Shown: positions 37,036 through 47,229 of the stretch, in pieces
Position numbering within the stretch: the stretch's first letter is position 1
Layout: each line of letters begins with the position of its first letter
Assembly: GCA_012518555.1 (NCBI GenBank)
Contig: JAAYRW010000055.1
Location: 1-61,756 of the forward strand
Length of the DNA: 61,756 bases
Direction: 5' to 3'
Source: Tissierellia bacterium
GTDB lineage: Bacteria; Bacillota; Clostridia; Tissierellales; Sedimentibacteraceae
Translations under genes and position numbers: made by a program
Notes under the pieces: model-generated
The model's input: the letters and a program-made list of their open reading frames with translations, nothing else
Told to the model about the DNA's origin: nothing
Databases searched by the model: none

Positions 37036-40000
37036 CTATTCAATTGTTCCCTTTATTTTCAAATATTCTCCTATTACTTCTCTGACTATGGGAATAGGAT
37101 AACGTCCCGAACCTCCCTCAAATAAGACGCATGCAACTGCAATTTGCGGGTCATCGTAAGGTGCAAAAGCAACGTACCAGGCAAAGTCATCGTATGGTTC
37201 TCCTGTTTCGGGATTTCTACCTTCATTTTGAGCAGTTCCCGTCTTACTAGCTACTTCTACCGGAAAATTATCATAAGGCCTTGCACTGTCATCATAAGAA
37301 ACTAACCTCATACCCTGCTTAATAACTTCTAAGTAACTATCATCTGAAAGCTCAATTTTTTCTGATTGTCTTAAAGGTATATAGCCGGTTGCTTTATCGT
37401 CATATGTTCTAATATCTTTTATTACACTTACATTCTTCCTATATCCTCCATTGGCAATTGAAGCCGTGTAATTTGCCATTTGCAATGTAGTGTATGAATT
37501 GTTCCCTTGACCAATACTTATATTTAAGTTATCTCCTACATTCCACAATGCTTGGTTTATATAAGAATATTTAATAATATCTACTAATGGAACGTAGCTG
37601 TCGTTAGTTTTTTCTGGATCTAGATTTAAGGCAGCAAGACCCTCGTAAACTTCTCCTCTCGTCATAGGCTCTTCTCTATCTATCCAACTTACAATTTCTT
37701 CAACTATTTCATTTTTCATAGATGAATCTACTTGTACTCCATCCTTTAAATATCTTTCTATATTGGACTCTAAAAACAACCTTAAATATACACGTATATT
37801 GGATTTTTTTCCTTCTATGCTAGGTACCCCGCCAGAAGCTTCTTGAGGTATGTCTATTTCAATTCCAGTTTTTGAATTAAGACCGAACTTAATTGCCATT
37901 TCAATAATATCTTCCGCATCAACTTTAACTGTATGTTTTTGATGGCTAGCCAAATTTTCTCCTAGTACCGTCGTATAGAAATAAAAGTTACAAGAATTCA
38001 TTATTGCCTGATAGATTGTTTGTGGACCATGAGCCCCGCCAAACATATTATAAATCCAACAGCTGAAATTTCTATCTCCTACCTTCATCGTACCGGCACA
38101 ATAAACAGTAGTATTAGGATTTACTCCCTTTTCCAATGCCGCTAAGGAAGTAATCATTTTAAATGTAGAGCCTGGCTGTATTGCTGTAAGCATTGCTATG
38201 TTGTAAAGGGGTCTTGGTGCTAAAGGGTTTTTCGATTCATTTAAAAGACTGTTCCAGTCCTCCATGGTTATTCCCGTAGAAAATAAATTTAAATCATAGG
38301 AAGGATAATTAGCTAAAGCTAAGACTTCCCCTGTTTTCACATCTAAAGCTACTAATGCCCCTGAACGGGCATTTTCATATTTGTCTCTAAAGTCAAAATC
38401 ACCCCACTGACTTTCAAAAGTACCTCCCTCACGTATTTTTTCCAAACCTATTTTTAAGGATTCTTCCGCTTTTTTTTGAAGGTTTAAATCAATTGTTAAA
38501 TATAAGTTGTTTCCCGGTACCGGTGACTGACTGGATACTGAGCGTATGGTCTTTCCGACGTTATTTACCTCCACGGTTTTCTTGCCTTTTTCTCCTCTTA
38601 AATAATCTTCAAATTTTTCTTCCAAACCTGTCTTACCAATTATATCGTCACTACTATAACCTTTCTCTACAATATATTCTTGTATTTCGTAATCCTGGGC
38701 AATTTTTCCTAAATACCCGATAATATGAGAGGCAGATTCATAGGCAGGATAAAATCTACGAGGCTCTATTTCAACATTAATTCCATTGAGTTCATGGGAG
38801 CGCTCTGAGATCATAGCAACAGTTCTTTCGGAAATTCCGTAACAAATATCTACCGGATGGTAGGAAAGATAGCTAGTTTTATTATATCGTTCTCTTAATA
38901 CCAATATATTTCGTAAAATATAATCATTTATTTCTGGGGAGATTTCCAGAGATTCTCTAAGTAAATTAAAAACTTCTTCTGCTGTATATTCTACATCTTC
39001 TTCGGATTTTACATTGCTATTTATCCATATTCTTTTATCCCTCAAAGGCGTATACTCCCAGTCGGCAATTGATATCATGGGGTTTTCATATTTTAATAAT
39101 TCAATTTGTGAATAGTATTTAACATTATCATCGGTAATCAAATTATAAAGTAAGTCGTAATTTTTGAAAGCAATTTCTTTTATAAAATCATAAGCTCCTA
39201 TACTCTCATTCATATGTTGCTGTTTCAAATATTTGTCCCTTATTTCTAAATCAGTATACTCAAAAGTTCCACTATTTCCATTTTCCTTGAAATCTACTGG
39301 TAAATCAGGATAGATTGCTTTTAGCTTGTCTATAAGGATTTTTCCCGGCATAATACTACCATCCTTAGACTTATAGACTGAATGTAATAAATTATCAATG
39401 GAATTTTTCATGGTTAAAATTACAAAATCGTCTTTTGCCGAAGTATACATGGTTATTTCATCATTTTTTAAATTTAGATTTCTTTTTATATTTGCATAGG
39501 ATTCATCTTGAACGAAAGAAAAATTTTTCAGCCTTATATTTTCATAGCCTTTTTCCTTGATAAAGTCATAAGATAATCTTCTTATTTTAGAATTTGAGAA
39601 TAAGGAAGAAAGATATTTGTTATTATTAATTAATAATTTCCCTACTGCTTCTGTAGCATCTTCTGCTTCTAAATTCTTTTCTTCCAACCATTTTTCTATG
39701 GGGGTTTTTTCTTCCCCTATAACTTCTGTTGATTCAATCATTTCACTAGCTACATTTGTTTCACTATTTTCAGTATTTATAAAATCTTCTGTTTCTACTA
39801 AATCAGGAACTATATATTCAAAGTTTCCCCCTTCTAATTTTATAGGAACAGCATCACTTAATAAAGTTGCAAGAACCCTTTCTTTAGGAGAAAAATTTTC
39901 ACCGTAAATTACAGTAGTGAAATTTAACCACTCATAAATATTTTCCTTAACTATTTCTATTGCTTTTTCTTCAGCTGTAAGGTATGTAATATTATCAGTT

Positions 40001-40407
40001 TCTTCCCTTTGAATACTTGTGTTTGCTGCCAGTTCCATATATTCATCCACATACTCGAAAGTATCGATTTCTATTGGAAAGTCATCTATAGGCCTTTCCA
40101 TATTTTCATCAAATATTTCTGATAATTTATAGGCTATATCAATAAAATCATCAGAATCTATTTCATCAGTATACATTTGAACCGTAAAGCTGGAAACATT
40201 GTCTGCCAGGATAAGACCGTTTCTGTCAAATATTTTGCCCCTTGGAGCTTTAACAGGTATATCCTTTATTTTCTTTATATCTGCAATACGCCTGTATTCC
40301 TCACCTTCTACAATAGTAAGCACTGCCATGCGAAAGCCTAAAGTAACTAACAAAAATACTATTATTAAATATAAAATATTAAAACGATTTTTAAAAAATT
40401 TTAGCAT
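37036..40407 (-). CDS. mrdA: Class B penicillin-binding protein 2 with large insertions (1123 aa)
   Basis: APRGKIFDRNG, GKTGLE, PGSTFK (SxxK), SCN (SxN), KTGT; follows mreD. Confidence 0.92.
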   Translation of the reverse strand: MLKFFKNRFNILYLIIVFLLVTLGFRMAVLTIVEGEEYRRIADIKKIKDIPVKAPRGKIFDRNGLILADNVSSFTVQMYTDEIDSDDFIDIAYKLSEIFDENMERPIDDFPIEIDTFEYVDEYMELAANTSIQREETDNITYLTAEEKAIEIVKENIYEWLNFTTVIYGENFSPKERVLATLLSDAVPIKLEGGNFEYIVPDLVETEDFINTENSETNVASEMIESTEVIGEEKTPIEKWLEEKNLEAEDATEAVGKLLINNNKYLSSLFSNSKIRRLSYDFIKEKGYENIRLKNFSFVQDESYANIKRNLNLKNDEITMYTSAKDDFVILTMKNSIDNLLHSVYKSKDGSIMPGKILIDKLKAIYPDLPVDFKENGNSGTFEYTDLEIRDKYLKQQHMNESIGAYDFIKEIAFKNYDLLYNLITDDNVKYYSQIELLKYENPMISIADWEYTPLRDKRIWINSNVKSEEDVEYTAEEVFNLLRESLEISPEINDYILRNILVLRERYNKTSYLSYHPVDICYGISERTVAMISERSHELNGINVEIEPRRFYPAYESASHIIGYLGKIAQDYEIQEYIVEKGYSSDDIIGKTGLEEKFEDYLRGEKGKKTVEVNNVGKTIRSVSSQSPVPGNNLYLTIDLNLQKKAEESLKIGLEKIREGGTFESQWGDFDFRDKYENARSGALVALDVKTGEVLALANYPSYDLNLFSTGITMEDWNSLLNESKNPLAPRPLYNIAMLTAIQPGSTFKMITSLAALEKGVNPNTTVYCAGTMKVGDRNFSCWIYNMFGGAHGPQTIYQAIMNSCNFYFYTTVLGENLASHQKHTVKVDAEDIIEMAIKFGLNSKTGIEIDIPQEASGGVPSIEGKKSNIRVYLRLFLESNIERYLKDGVQVDSSMKNEIVEEIVSWIDREEPMTRGEVYEGLAALNLDPEKTNDSYVPLVDIIKYSYINQALWNVGDNLNISIGQGNNSYTTLQMANYTASIANGGYRKNVSVIKDIRTYDDKATGYIPLRQSEKIELSDDSYLEVIKQGMRLVSYDDSARPYDNFPVEVASKTGTAQNEGRNPETGEPYDDFAWYVAFAPYDDPQIAVACVLFEGGSGRYPIPIVREVIGEYLKIKGTIE

Positions 40408-40416
40408 AATACACCT

Positions 40417-40911
40417 CTATGCCTTTATATTTAGCTTGTTAAATATAAAAACAATAAATTTCAGTACAAATACAACTAAGACAGTATTAATTACAATTTC
40501 AAGGAAAATTGCCGAAAAATTAATTACTGCCATTTTTACTCGATACCTTAAAAAGAATAAAATTATATATAATAAAAAATGCATTACAGCTGTCGATATG
40601 CCTGTTACTAGGCTGTAAGCAAAATAATTTTCCCCTACCATGTCATCGCTAAAAGTTCCTATTGTAGCTCCGATTAAAAAATATATTAAAGTATAAATTC
40701 CAAAAACATCATAAATCATTGCATCGTATAGAAGCCCAGTTATAAATCCAAGTATTCCCCCGGTAAGTCCATCAGAGGCCATGGAAAATATAACCAATAT
40801 AATTAAAGAAAGGTTTGGAATTACGCTGAGAAATCCAAAAAAACCAAACAATGATGTTTGAAGTATAAAGTTAACAACAATCATCGTAACCATCAGTGTG
40901 ATTTTTTTCAT
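40417..40911 (-). CDS. mreD: Rod shape-determining protein MreD
   Basis: Multi-TM, PNLSLI, GFITGLLYD, FGIY; synteny. Confidence 0.9.
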   Translation of the reverse strand: MKKITLMVTMIVVNFILQTSLFGFFGFLSVIPNLSLIILVIFSMASDGLTGGILGFITGLLYDAMIYDVFGIYTLIYFLIGATIGTFSDDMVGENYFAYSLVTGISTAVMHFLLYIILFFLRYRVKMAVINFSAIFLEIVINTVLVVFVLKFIVFIFNKLNIKA

Positions 40912-40927
40912 AATATAGCCTTTCTAT

Positions 40928-41767
40928 TTATGGATTTTGAGTAAGTACGTATACCCTGCTTATTTTTGTAAATTCAACAGCCGGCTCAACAATAATCCTT
41001 AAGGTGGAAGCGTCTGTAGTTTCCACTAGGTCCTTTACATTACCAATGTAAACATCAGGAGTGTAAATTTCACCTATGCCTGATGTGACTAAGTTATCTC
41101 CTACCTGGGCACTAACTTTGCTGTTGAAAAAGTACCCCGTTACATTACCATCAATTCCTCCCTGCAAAATTCCACTTTCATCATTGTTAATATCCCTGAA
41201 ACTTACTTTGCAGTTTTCATCTAATAATGTAATTACTTTAGACCAGTTTGAAGAAGTTTCCGCAACTATTCCTAAAAGACCGATTTGTACTACTTGATTA
41301 TCTGTTTTTACAGCTTGGATGACTATGTCATTTGTTTTTATACCGTCCTTTTCTCCCTTATCTATTGTAAATCTGCTAAACCAATTGGAATCATCTAAGG
41401 CAATTACTTGTCCAACAACGTAGTCATGAGAAAGGTTCTTTTTCATTTCATATTCCGTTTCCAAAGCATCAGATTTGTTAATAATATTCTCTAAAACTCT
41501 TACCTGTTCCTGCAGCTGGTATACTGTCTCCGTCAGCATAATATTTTCTTCCCGCATTTTGACGATTTCCTGAACCGATAAAAAAGAATTAGTAAGAGTA
41601 AGGCCTGTTGTATAAGTTACTTTCTGAAAACCCGAAACCACATTTCCAAAAAAACCTAAGTTAACGCCATCCATCCTTCCAATAGATGACAGGCCTATCA
41701 TAATAATCAATATAAAAATTGTAATAACAAATAACATTTTTTTAAAATGTTCTCTAATAAAATTCAT
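40928..41767 (-). CDS. mreC: Rod shape-determining protein MreC
   Basis: TM plus coiled coil, IDKGEKDGI, GDNLVTSG.G.YP. Confidence 0.93.
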   Translation of the reverse strand: MNFIREHFKKMLFVITIFILIIMIGLSSIGRMDGVNLGFFGNVVSGFQKVTYTTGLTLTNSFLSVQEIVKMREENIMLTETVYQLQEQVRVLENIINKSDALETEYEMKKNLSHDYVVGQVIALDDSNWFSRFTIDKGEKDGIKTNDIVIQAVKTDNQVVQIGLLGIVAETSSNWSKVITLLDENCKVSFRDINNDESGILQGGIDGNVTGYFFNSKVSAQVGDNLVTSGIGEIYTPDVYIGNVKDLVETTDASTLRIIVEPAVEFTKISRVYVLTQNP

Positions 41768-41779
41768 TATCCCACCGCT

Positions 41780-42880
41780 TTATAAATTCTCACATATTTT
41801 ACCCGCTCCCAAAGCAACACTGTTAAGTGGATTGTCGGCAATAAAAACTTTAATGCCAGTCTCCTCTTCAATAAATATATCTAAGCCTTTTAATTGTGCA
41901 CCGCCTCCACTTAAATATACACCATTAGAATATATATCAGAAGATAATTCCGGCGGAGTTCTCTCAAGTACTCTTCTAATAGCATTAACTATAGAGTTAA
42001 TAGTTTCCATAATTGCTTCTCTTATTTCTTCATTTGTTATGGTTATTTTCAAGGGAAGTCCCGTTACGATGTCCCTTCCTCTTATTTCCATTTCAATAGG
42101 TGCAGCCTTTTCATTTTCTAATTCAATAGCTGCAGCCTTTTCATCTTCAAATTCAGTTTCTGTTTCCTTTTCATCTATCTCATCAATAGTATAATTGTTT
42201 TTGACTCTTTCATAGTATTCAGAACTGGCATTTCCTAAAGCCATTTTGATTTTTTCCGCTGTAACCAAACCTATATCCATTTTGTATTTAATTTTAACAT
42301 AATCTCTTATATTTATGTCTATATCATCCCCAGCGATTCGAAGAGAATCGCTTTCAACTATTCCTCCCAAGGAAATTACTGCTATTTCAGTAGTTCCTCC
42401 TCCAATATCTACTATCATATTTCCTATAGGCTGGTCTACAGGAAGGCCTGCTCCTATGGCAGCTGCCATAGGTTCTTCTACTAATTTAACTTTTCTGGCA
42501 CCTGCATCGTAAGCCACCTCTTCCACAGCCCTTCTTTCAATAGAAGTTACACCTACTGGTACACTGATTACTACGTTGGATTTTATTAACCTTTTTTTAT
42601 TAAGAGTTTTAGTTATAAAGTATTTAACCATTGCCCTTGTCAGTTGAAAATCTGCAATTACACCACTTTGCAAAGGTCTAATAGCACTTATAGTCTTAGG
42701 TGTTCTATCTAACATAGCCTTAGCATCATTTCCTACAGCACAAACTTCGCTTGACACTGTATTCACAGCAACCACTGAAGGCTCGTTTACTACGATTCCT
42801 TTATTGTTTACATATACTAATGTATTTGATGTTCCTAAATCAATGCCTATCTTTTGTGTGAAAAAATCAAAAAATCCCAT
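41780..42880 (-). CDS. mreB: Rod shape-determining protein MreB
   Basis: GIDLGTSN, EPSVVA, EEPMAAAIGAGL, DIGGGTTE, ERTPPEL, GGG. Confidence 0.96.
   Translation of the reverse strand: MGFFDFFTQKIGIDLGTSNTLVYVNNKGIVVNEPSVVAVNTVSSEVCAVGNDAKAMLDRTPKTISAIRPLQSGVIADFQLTRAMVKYFITKTLNKKRLIKSNVVISVPVGVTSIERRAVEEVAYDAGARKVKLVEEPMAAAIGAGLPVDQPIGNMIVDIGGGTTEIAVISLGGIVESDSLRIAGDDIDINIRDYVKIKYKMDIGLVTAEKIKMALGNASSEYYERVKNNYTIDEIDEKETETEFEDEKAAAIELENEKAAPIEMEIRGRDIVTGLPLKITITNEEIREAIMETINSIVNAIRRVLERTPPELSSDIYSNGVYLSGGGAQLKGLDIFIEEETGIKVFIADNPLNSVALGAGKICENL
42092..42151. repeat. 30-bp tandem duplication inside mreB
   Basis: TTCAATAGGTGCAGCCTTTTCATTTTCTAA / TTCAATAGCTGCAGCCTTTTCATCTTCAAA. Confidence 0.8.
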
Positions 42881-42964
42881 ATATGTTTCCTTTCATTTAT
42901 AATAAGAAACCCAGCCAACGACCCAATCAGAGATTGCTGTTGGGTACCCGGGAACCTTGTTGTT

Positions 42965-43654
42965 TCACAATAAACCTTCTTCCTTAAAACTGAAAAATAC
43001 TCCATCGCCGATTATTATATGATCTAAGACTCTTATTCCTAATATTTTTCCACATTCATTAAGCCGGTTTGTAAGTACAATATCTTCGTGACTTGGCTCC
43101 GGTTCTCCACTGGGATGATTATGGACTAAGATTATTGATGAACATAAATTAGCTACTGCTTGGTGAAATACTTCTCTGGGATGGACTATTGAACTATTTA
43201 AACTTCCTACGGATATTTGTGAAACCTTTTTTATATTGTTTTTAGTATCTAGTAGAATAGTTTTGAAATATTCCTTTTGATAATACCTCATTTCTTCCAT
43301 CATAACTAGGGCTGCATCAGCGGGAGAAGAAATTTTTACTTTATCAACTTTTAAAGTACTCATTCTTTTACTGATTTCTGCAACGGCCATAAGCTTAGCA
43401 GCTTTTACATTACTAATACCCTTGTAAGATTTAAATTTTTCAACTGTACCTTCTGCTATATTCCTCAGACCCTTTCCATCTTCTTTTAAAATTCTCTGAG
43501 ATAGCATAACAACATTTTCTTCCTTTGTTCCTGTTCTTAAAATTACTGCTATAAGTTCCGAGTTAGACAATGTATTTGCGCCATACTTAAGCAATTTTTC
43601 CTGAGGTCTGTCGTCTTCAGGTATTGATTTTATGGTATAATTAGTATTGTCCAT
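42965..43654 (-). CDS. radC: RadC/JAB-domain protein
   Basis: PQEKL..G...LSNSELIA, VHPREVF, HNHPSG, LDHIIIG. Start at MDNTN after GGAGG. Confidence 0.95.
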   Translation of the reverse strand: MDNTNYTIKSIPEDDRPQEKLLKYGANTLSNSELIAVILRTGTKEENVVMLSQRILKEDGKGLRNIAEGTVEKFKSYKGISNVKAAKLMAVAEISKRMSTLKVDKVKISSPADAALVMMEEMRYYQKEYFKTILLDTKNNIKKVSQISVGSLNSSIVHPREVFHQAVANLCSSIILVHNHPSGEPEPSHEDIVLTNRLNECGKILGIRVLDHIIIGDGVFFSFKEEGLL

Positions 43655-43680
43655 TTTATCCTCCACTATGCAATATTTTA

Positions 43681-44256
43681 TTACAGCAAGTTTCTAGAAA
43701 AATGTTTTGTCAATAAATTATTCAGTTTAGTTAAGGGCAGGCCTTTTACGTTATTGTAGCAACCTACTATTTCTTCTACCAACAACTCACCGTAACCTTG
43801 AATCCCATAAGCACCTGCTTTGTCCGTATACTCCTTAGTTTTTAAATATGTCTTTATAAAATCATCGGTAAAATTAATAAACTTTACCGCTGTTTTTTCA
43901 TAATCAACTATCTTTTTAGATCTTACTGTATCTATGCAACATATACCTGTATAGACATAGTGTGTTTTACCGGAGAGATAACTCAGCATATTAAAGGCTT
44001 CATCCTCATCTTTAGGTTTGCCCATTATTTTGTCTAAATAAACTATTGTATCTGCCCCTATGATAATTCCCTCTTCTTCACAGTTTAAATATATATTAAA
44101 TGCCTTTTCAAAAGCAAACTTCATAACTGTGGTTTGAGGCTGATCGCTAATATTTATTTTTTCTTCTATATTAGAAGAATAAACCGATATATCTTTAACA
44201 TATCTTTGAAGCATTTCGATTCTTCTAGGGGATTTTGATGCTAATATTATTTTCAT
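43681..44256 (-). CDS. maf: Maf nucleotide pyrophosphatase
   Basis: ILASKSPRR, GADTIV, GKP, DKAGAYGIQ, NVKGLP. Confidence 0.95.
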   Translation of the reverse strand: MKIILASKSPRRIEMLQRYVKDISVYSSNIEEKINISDQPQTTVMKFAFEKAFNIYLNCEEEGIIIGADTIVYLDKIMGKPKDEDEAFNMLSYLSGKTHYVYTGICCIDTVRSKKIVDYEKTAVKFINFTDDFIKTYLKTKEYTDKAGAYGIQGYGELLVEEIVGCYNNVKGLPLTKLNNLLTKHFSRNLL

Positions 44257-44264
44257 ATTCTTCC

Positions 44265-44507
44265 TTAAAGTTTTCTATAAATTATTATTCCTGCAATAAG
44301 TCCGATTATTCCTGCAACTGTTAAGTTAGCACTAAAGCCAAAAGTTAGTTTTAAAATATTTAAATCCAATGTTGCTGGACCGAACCCTATACCTTCTCCG
44401 TAATTTAATATAGGTAGTAGATTTCCAAATGCTTTACCTAAAATAGTTCCAATAATAATAGAAATGAGTATAAGTAACAATAAGTATACGGAACTTCCTT
44501 TTCTCAT
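44265..44507 (-). CDS. DUF4321-like small membrane protein
   Basis: Two TM segments with LDL..L.LTFG....N..GIIG; typical neighbour of maf. Confidence 0.75.
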   Translation of the reverse strand: MRKGSSVYLLLLILISIIIGTILGKAFGNLLPILNYGEGIGFGPATLDLNILKLTFGFSANLTVAGIIGLIAGIIIYRKL

Positions 44508-44508
44508 T

Positions 44509-45030
44509 TTAAACCTCTCTATTGAGTTTTAATAAAGTTTTATCTAAATTATTAGTTACAAAAATTGAAGTATATCCTACAAAACATCCGGTAAAGATAC
44601 TTACTAATGATAATATGGGCAAGTAATAATATAACTTTGTTGTAGTAAATAAAATAGCAGCTACAGTTACTTGAGTTGCATTATGAGCCATGGCTCCTAA
44701 AACGCTTATCCCTATTAAACTGAATTTACTGCTTAAATACCTGCACCCTAAGTACATAACGATTGTACTTACAATACCACTAGATATACTGTATATAAAT
44801 GTAATAGGATTAGTTGCAATAAGCATGAGAAGAATACTCCTCAATATTACTACAAGTAATGAATCTCTAAATCCAAACAACACTACTGCTGTCAATATAA
44901 CAATATTTGATAAACCTAACTTTGCTCCAGGAGCAATGAAGGGTAATGGTATCATGCTTTCTATAATACTTAGTATCAGTGCTGCTGCTGTAAGCAGCGA
45001 CAAAAAAACATATCTCTGTGTTCTATTCAT
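44509..45030 (-). CDS. Gx transporter family (EetB-like) membrane protein
   Basis: ESMIP..PGAKLGLSN, GISVLGAMAHN.TQ, YYLP.L. Confidence 0.88.
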   Translation of the reverse strand: MNRTQRYVFLSLLTAAALILSIIESMIPLPFIAPGAKLGLSNIVILTAVVLFGFRDSLLVVILRSILLMLIATNPITFIYSISSGIVSTIVMYLGCRYLSSKFSLIGISVLGAMAHNATQVTVAAILFTTTKLYYYLPILSLVSIFTGCFVGYTSIFVTNNLDKTLLKLNREV

Positions 45031-45045
45031 AATATTCTCATTCCT

Positions 45046-45435
45046 TTAATTAGCTATAAAATCTACATCGTCGTCTTCAGTATTGTCTACAATTTTTATT
45101 AACAGTTGGTTAGGTAGACAAACTATAATTTCACCATCCCTGGAAATTTTACCCTGGTATATACAAACTTGGTCAGGACAGCTTGCTTCATGGATCCATA
45201 TTTGTCCATCTTCAATATGAAGTGTATTGTAACCACTTGCTGTTTCAACTTTATACTCTTCCCTTACATCATCAGTCAAAACATATTCTCTTACTAAATT
45301 GTTTTGTGAATAAATATAGGCAATTTTATTATTTAAATCAACAGCTCTTCTGCTTCCCCACAGAATTATGAGTACATTGATTATTATTATTGCTCCAATT
45401 AGTGCTAGATCATATTTGTTAATTTTCTTTTTCAT
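45046..45435 (-). CDS. NusG domain II (DUF1312, EetA-like) exported protein
   Basis: N-terminal TM, EASCPDQVC..G.IS..GE.IVCLPN. Confidence 0.88.
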   Translation of the reverse strand: MKKKINKYDLALIGAIIIINVLIILWGSRRAVDLNNKIAYIYSQNNLVREYVLTDDVREEYKVETASGYNTLHIEDGQIWIHEASCPDQVCIYQGKISRDGEIIVCLPNQLLIKIVDNTEDDDVDFIAN

Positions 45436-45564
45436 ATTAAGTCCTTTTCATTTAATAGATTATTATTTTATCACTATTTAATTATTATTTCAAGGAAGTA
45501 TATTCTTCAAAGCGAAATTTAATAATATGTTAAGGAATTGTCAGTAAATAGGGAATGCAAAAGC

Positions 45565-45598
45565 GTCATTCTGAGCAATATGAAGCTCCAGAATGACA
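45565..45598. repeat. GTCATTCTG...CAGAATGAC palindromic element (family 2)
   Basis: GTCATTCTGAGC-AATATGAA-GCTCCAGAATGACA. Confidence 0.65.
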
Positions 45599-45622
45599 CA
45601 GAAACTAGGGTTGTTAAGTATA

Positions 45623-46252
45623 TTATTCTATTACCATGAAATCTGTTACAAGTCTTGCTATCTTATTATTAGGGTCTAAGCCATAGTAGGTAGGGAAGGT
45701 TCCCTCATTCCATCCACTGGCAAAGACTACTAGGTTAAGACCTGTTTTCTCATCCATAATTATGCTGGCGCAGGAATTACTACTCTTTCTTACTTCATTT
45801 ACTATAATTTTCTCATAGCTTTTTAATTGTTCTTTATCGTAAGCATCAAGTATTTCCATAACTTTTTCATCCATAAAAGAAGCTAATCCGTTCTCTACTT
45901 CATATCCCATAAATTCATTACGAGCAAAGGCTTGGGATGATTCACCTTCAAACAATGCCATCTCCCACTTAAGCGGCTCCTGGTCACTAAACCTAATTTC
46001 AGCAGCAACGGTCTGTTGTCTTCTGTTGCCGGCCTTGCCTATATAAATATTTACACTATATAGACCTGGCTTAACATGATTAGAAAAGCACTCATCGTCA
46101 TAAAGCAGGATAGGATCAGTAGCGATAATTTTGCCCGTTAACAACTTAAGCTTTCCTGCTTCAATTTTTTCAATGCTCATCCTACCGAATTCAGAATCAA
46201 TAATTTCCGTATTGCCATTAGTAATATTTAGCACATCTAAATTAATATACAT
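45623..46252 (-). CDS. DUF4241-like hypothetical protein
   Basis: TGKIIATDP, FASGWNEGTFPTYYG, LVTDF resemble DUF4241 motifs. Confidence 0.65.
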   Translation of the reverse strand: MYINLDVLNITNGNTEIIDSEFGRMSIEKIEAGKLKLLTGKIIATDPILLYDDECFSNHVKPGLYSVNIYIGKAGNRRQQTVAAEIRFSDQEPLKWEMALFEGESSQAFARNEFMGYEVENGLASFMDEKVMEILDAYDKEQLKSYEKIIVNEVRKSSNSCASIIMDEKTGLNLVVFASGWNEGTFPTYYGLDPNNKIARLVTDFMVIE

Positions 46253-46260
46253 ATTTCTCC

Positions 46261-46725
46261 CTACTTACTTTTTCTTTCATTTAAAATTTTTGTTAATTCA
46301 TCCATGAAGGTATCTATATCTTTAAACTTCCTGTAGACAGAAGCAAAACGAACGTAAGCCACATCATCTACATTTTGAAGTTCATCCATAACAATTTCCC
46401 CTATTACTTCTGTTGAAACTTCATTTTGAAAGGTATTATACAATTGTTTCTCTACTTTGTCGGCAATTGCTTCTATTTGTTCAAGACTTACAGAACGTTT
46501 ATCACAGGCACGTATAAGCCCGTTAATTATTTTATCTCTATTGTAGCCTTGTCTTGTACCGTCTCTTTTTATTACTACTATTTGAGTTTCTTCAATTTTT
46601 TCATAGGTTGTAAACCGATGTCCGCATTCCATACATTCCCGTCGACGTCTTATCTTTGTTCCATCATCTGTCGGTCTGGTATCAACAACCTTGCTTTCTG
46701 CATAATTGCACTTAGGACATCTCAT
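46261..46725 (-). CDS. nrdR: Transcriptional repressor NrdR
   Basis: MRCPKC, KVVDTR, RRRREC..C..RFTTYE, ATP cone, VAYVRFASVY. Confidence 0.98.
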   Translation of the reverse strand: MRCPKCNYAESKVVDTRPTDDGTKIRRRRECMECGHRFTTYEKIEETQIVVIKRDGTRQGYNRDKIINGLIRACDKRSVSLEQIEAIADKVEKQLYNTFQNEVSTEVIGEIVMDELQNVDDVAYVRFASVYRKFKDIDTFMDELTKILNERKSK

Positions 46726-46741
46726 GGTGTGTCCCCTTTCT

Positions 46742-47125
46742 CTATTTTAAATTATTCATAAATTTTTCTTCATTGATTATAAACCTTTCATGACTGCCTT
46801 CTCCAATTTTCTTATCTTCATCAAAAGCTGTAACTTTAAAAGTAAGTCTCTTTCTATCGATTTCTGTTAATTCTGCTTCTGCCCAAACTTTTTTTCCAAC
46901 TTTAGTGGCACTTAAATGTTTAATGTTTACTAATGTTCCTACCGTTGAATGTCCTTCTGGTAAATAATCTTTTACAGCCTTCATAGCAGCTGCTTCCATC
47001 AGTCCTATCATCATAGGTGTTGCAAAAACTTCTGCAGCACCGCTACCAAACACGCTGGCTGTATCGTCCATACTTACTGTTTTTTCCTCTTTACATTTTA
47101 ACCCAATTGTTAATTTTAATTCCAT
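46742..47125 (-). CDS. Hotdog thioesterase (fluoroacetyl-CoA thioesterase-like)
   Basis: GSG..VFATP.MI.LME, TVG..V.I.HL.AT, G.G.H.R. Confidence 0.88.
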   Translation of the reverse strand: MELKLTIGLKCKEEKTVSMDDTASVFGSGAAEVFATPMMIGLMEAAAMKAVKDYLPEGHSTVGTLVNIKHLSATKVGKKVWAEAELTEIDRKRLTFKVTAFDEDKKIGEGSHERFIINEEKFMNNLK

Positions 47126-47179
47126 AGTTTCCTCCTAAAGTAGTTCTTATTGTATTATACATTAAAATTACAAAAAATT

Positions 47180-47201
47180 AAAGGGGTTTTATATCCCCTT
47201 T
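47180..47201 (-). terminator. Terminator after the FMN-binding protein gene
   Basis: AAAGGGG-N8-CCCCTTT with a T-rich tail on the minus strand. Confidence 0.6.
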
Positions 47202-47229
47202 AGCTTTTCTGTTCTATTTTTCAACCTAT

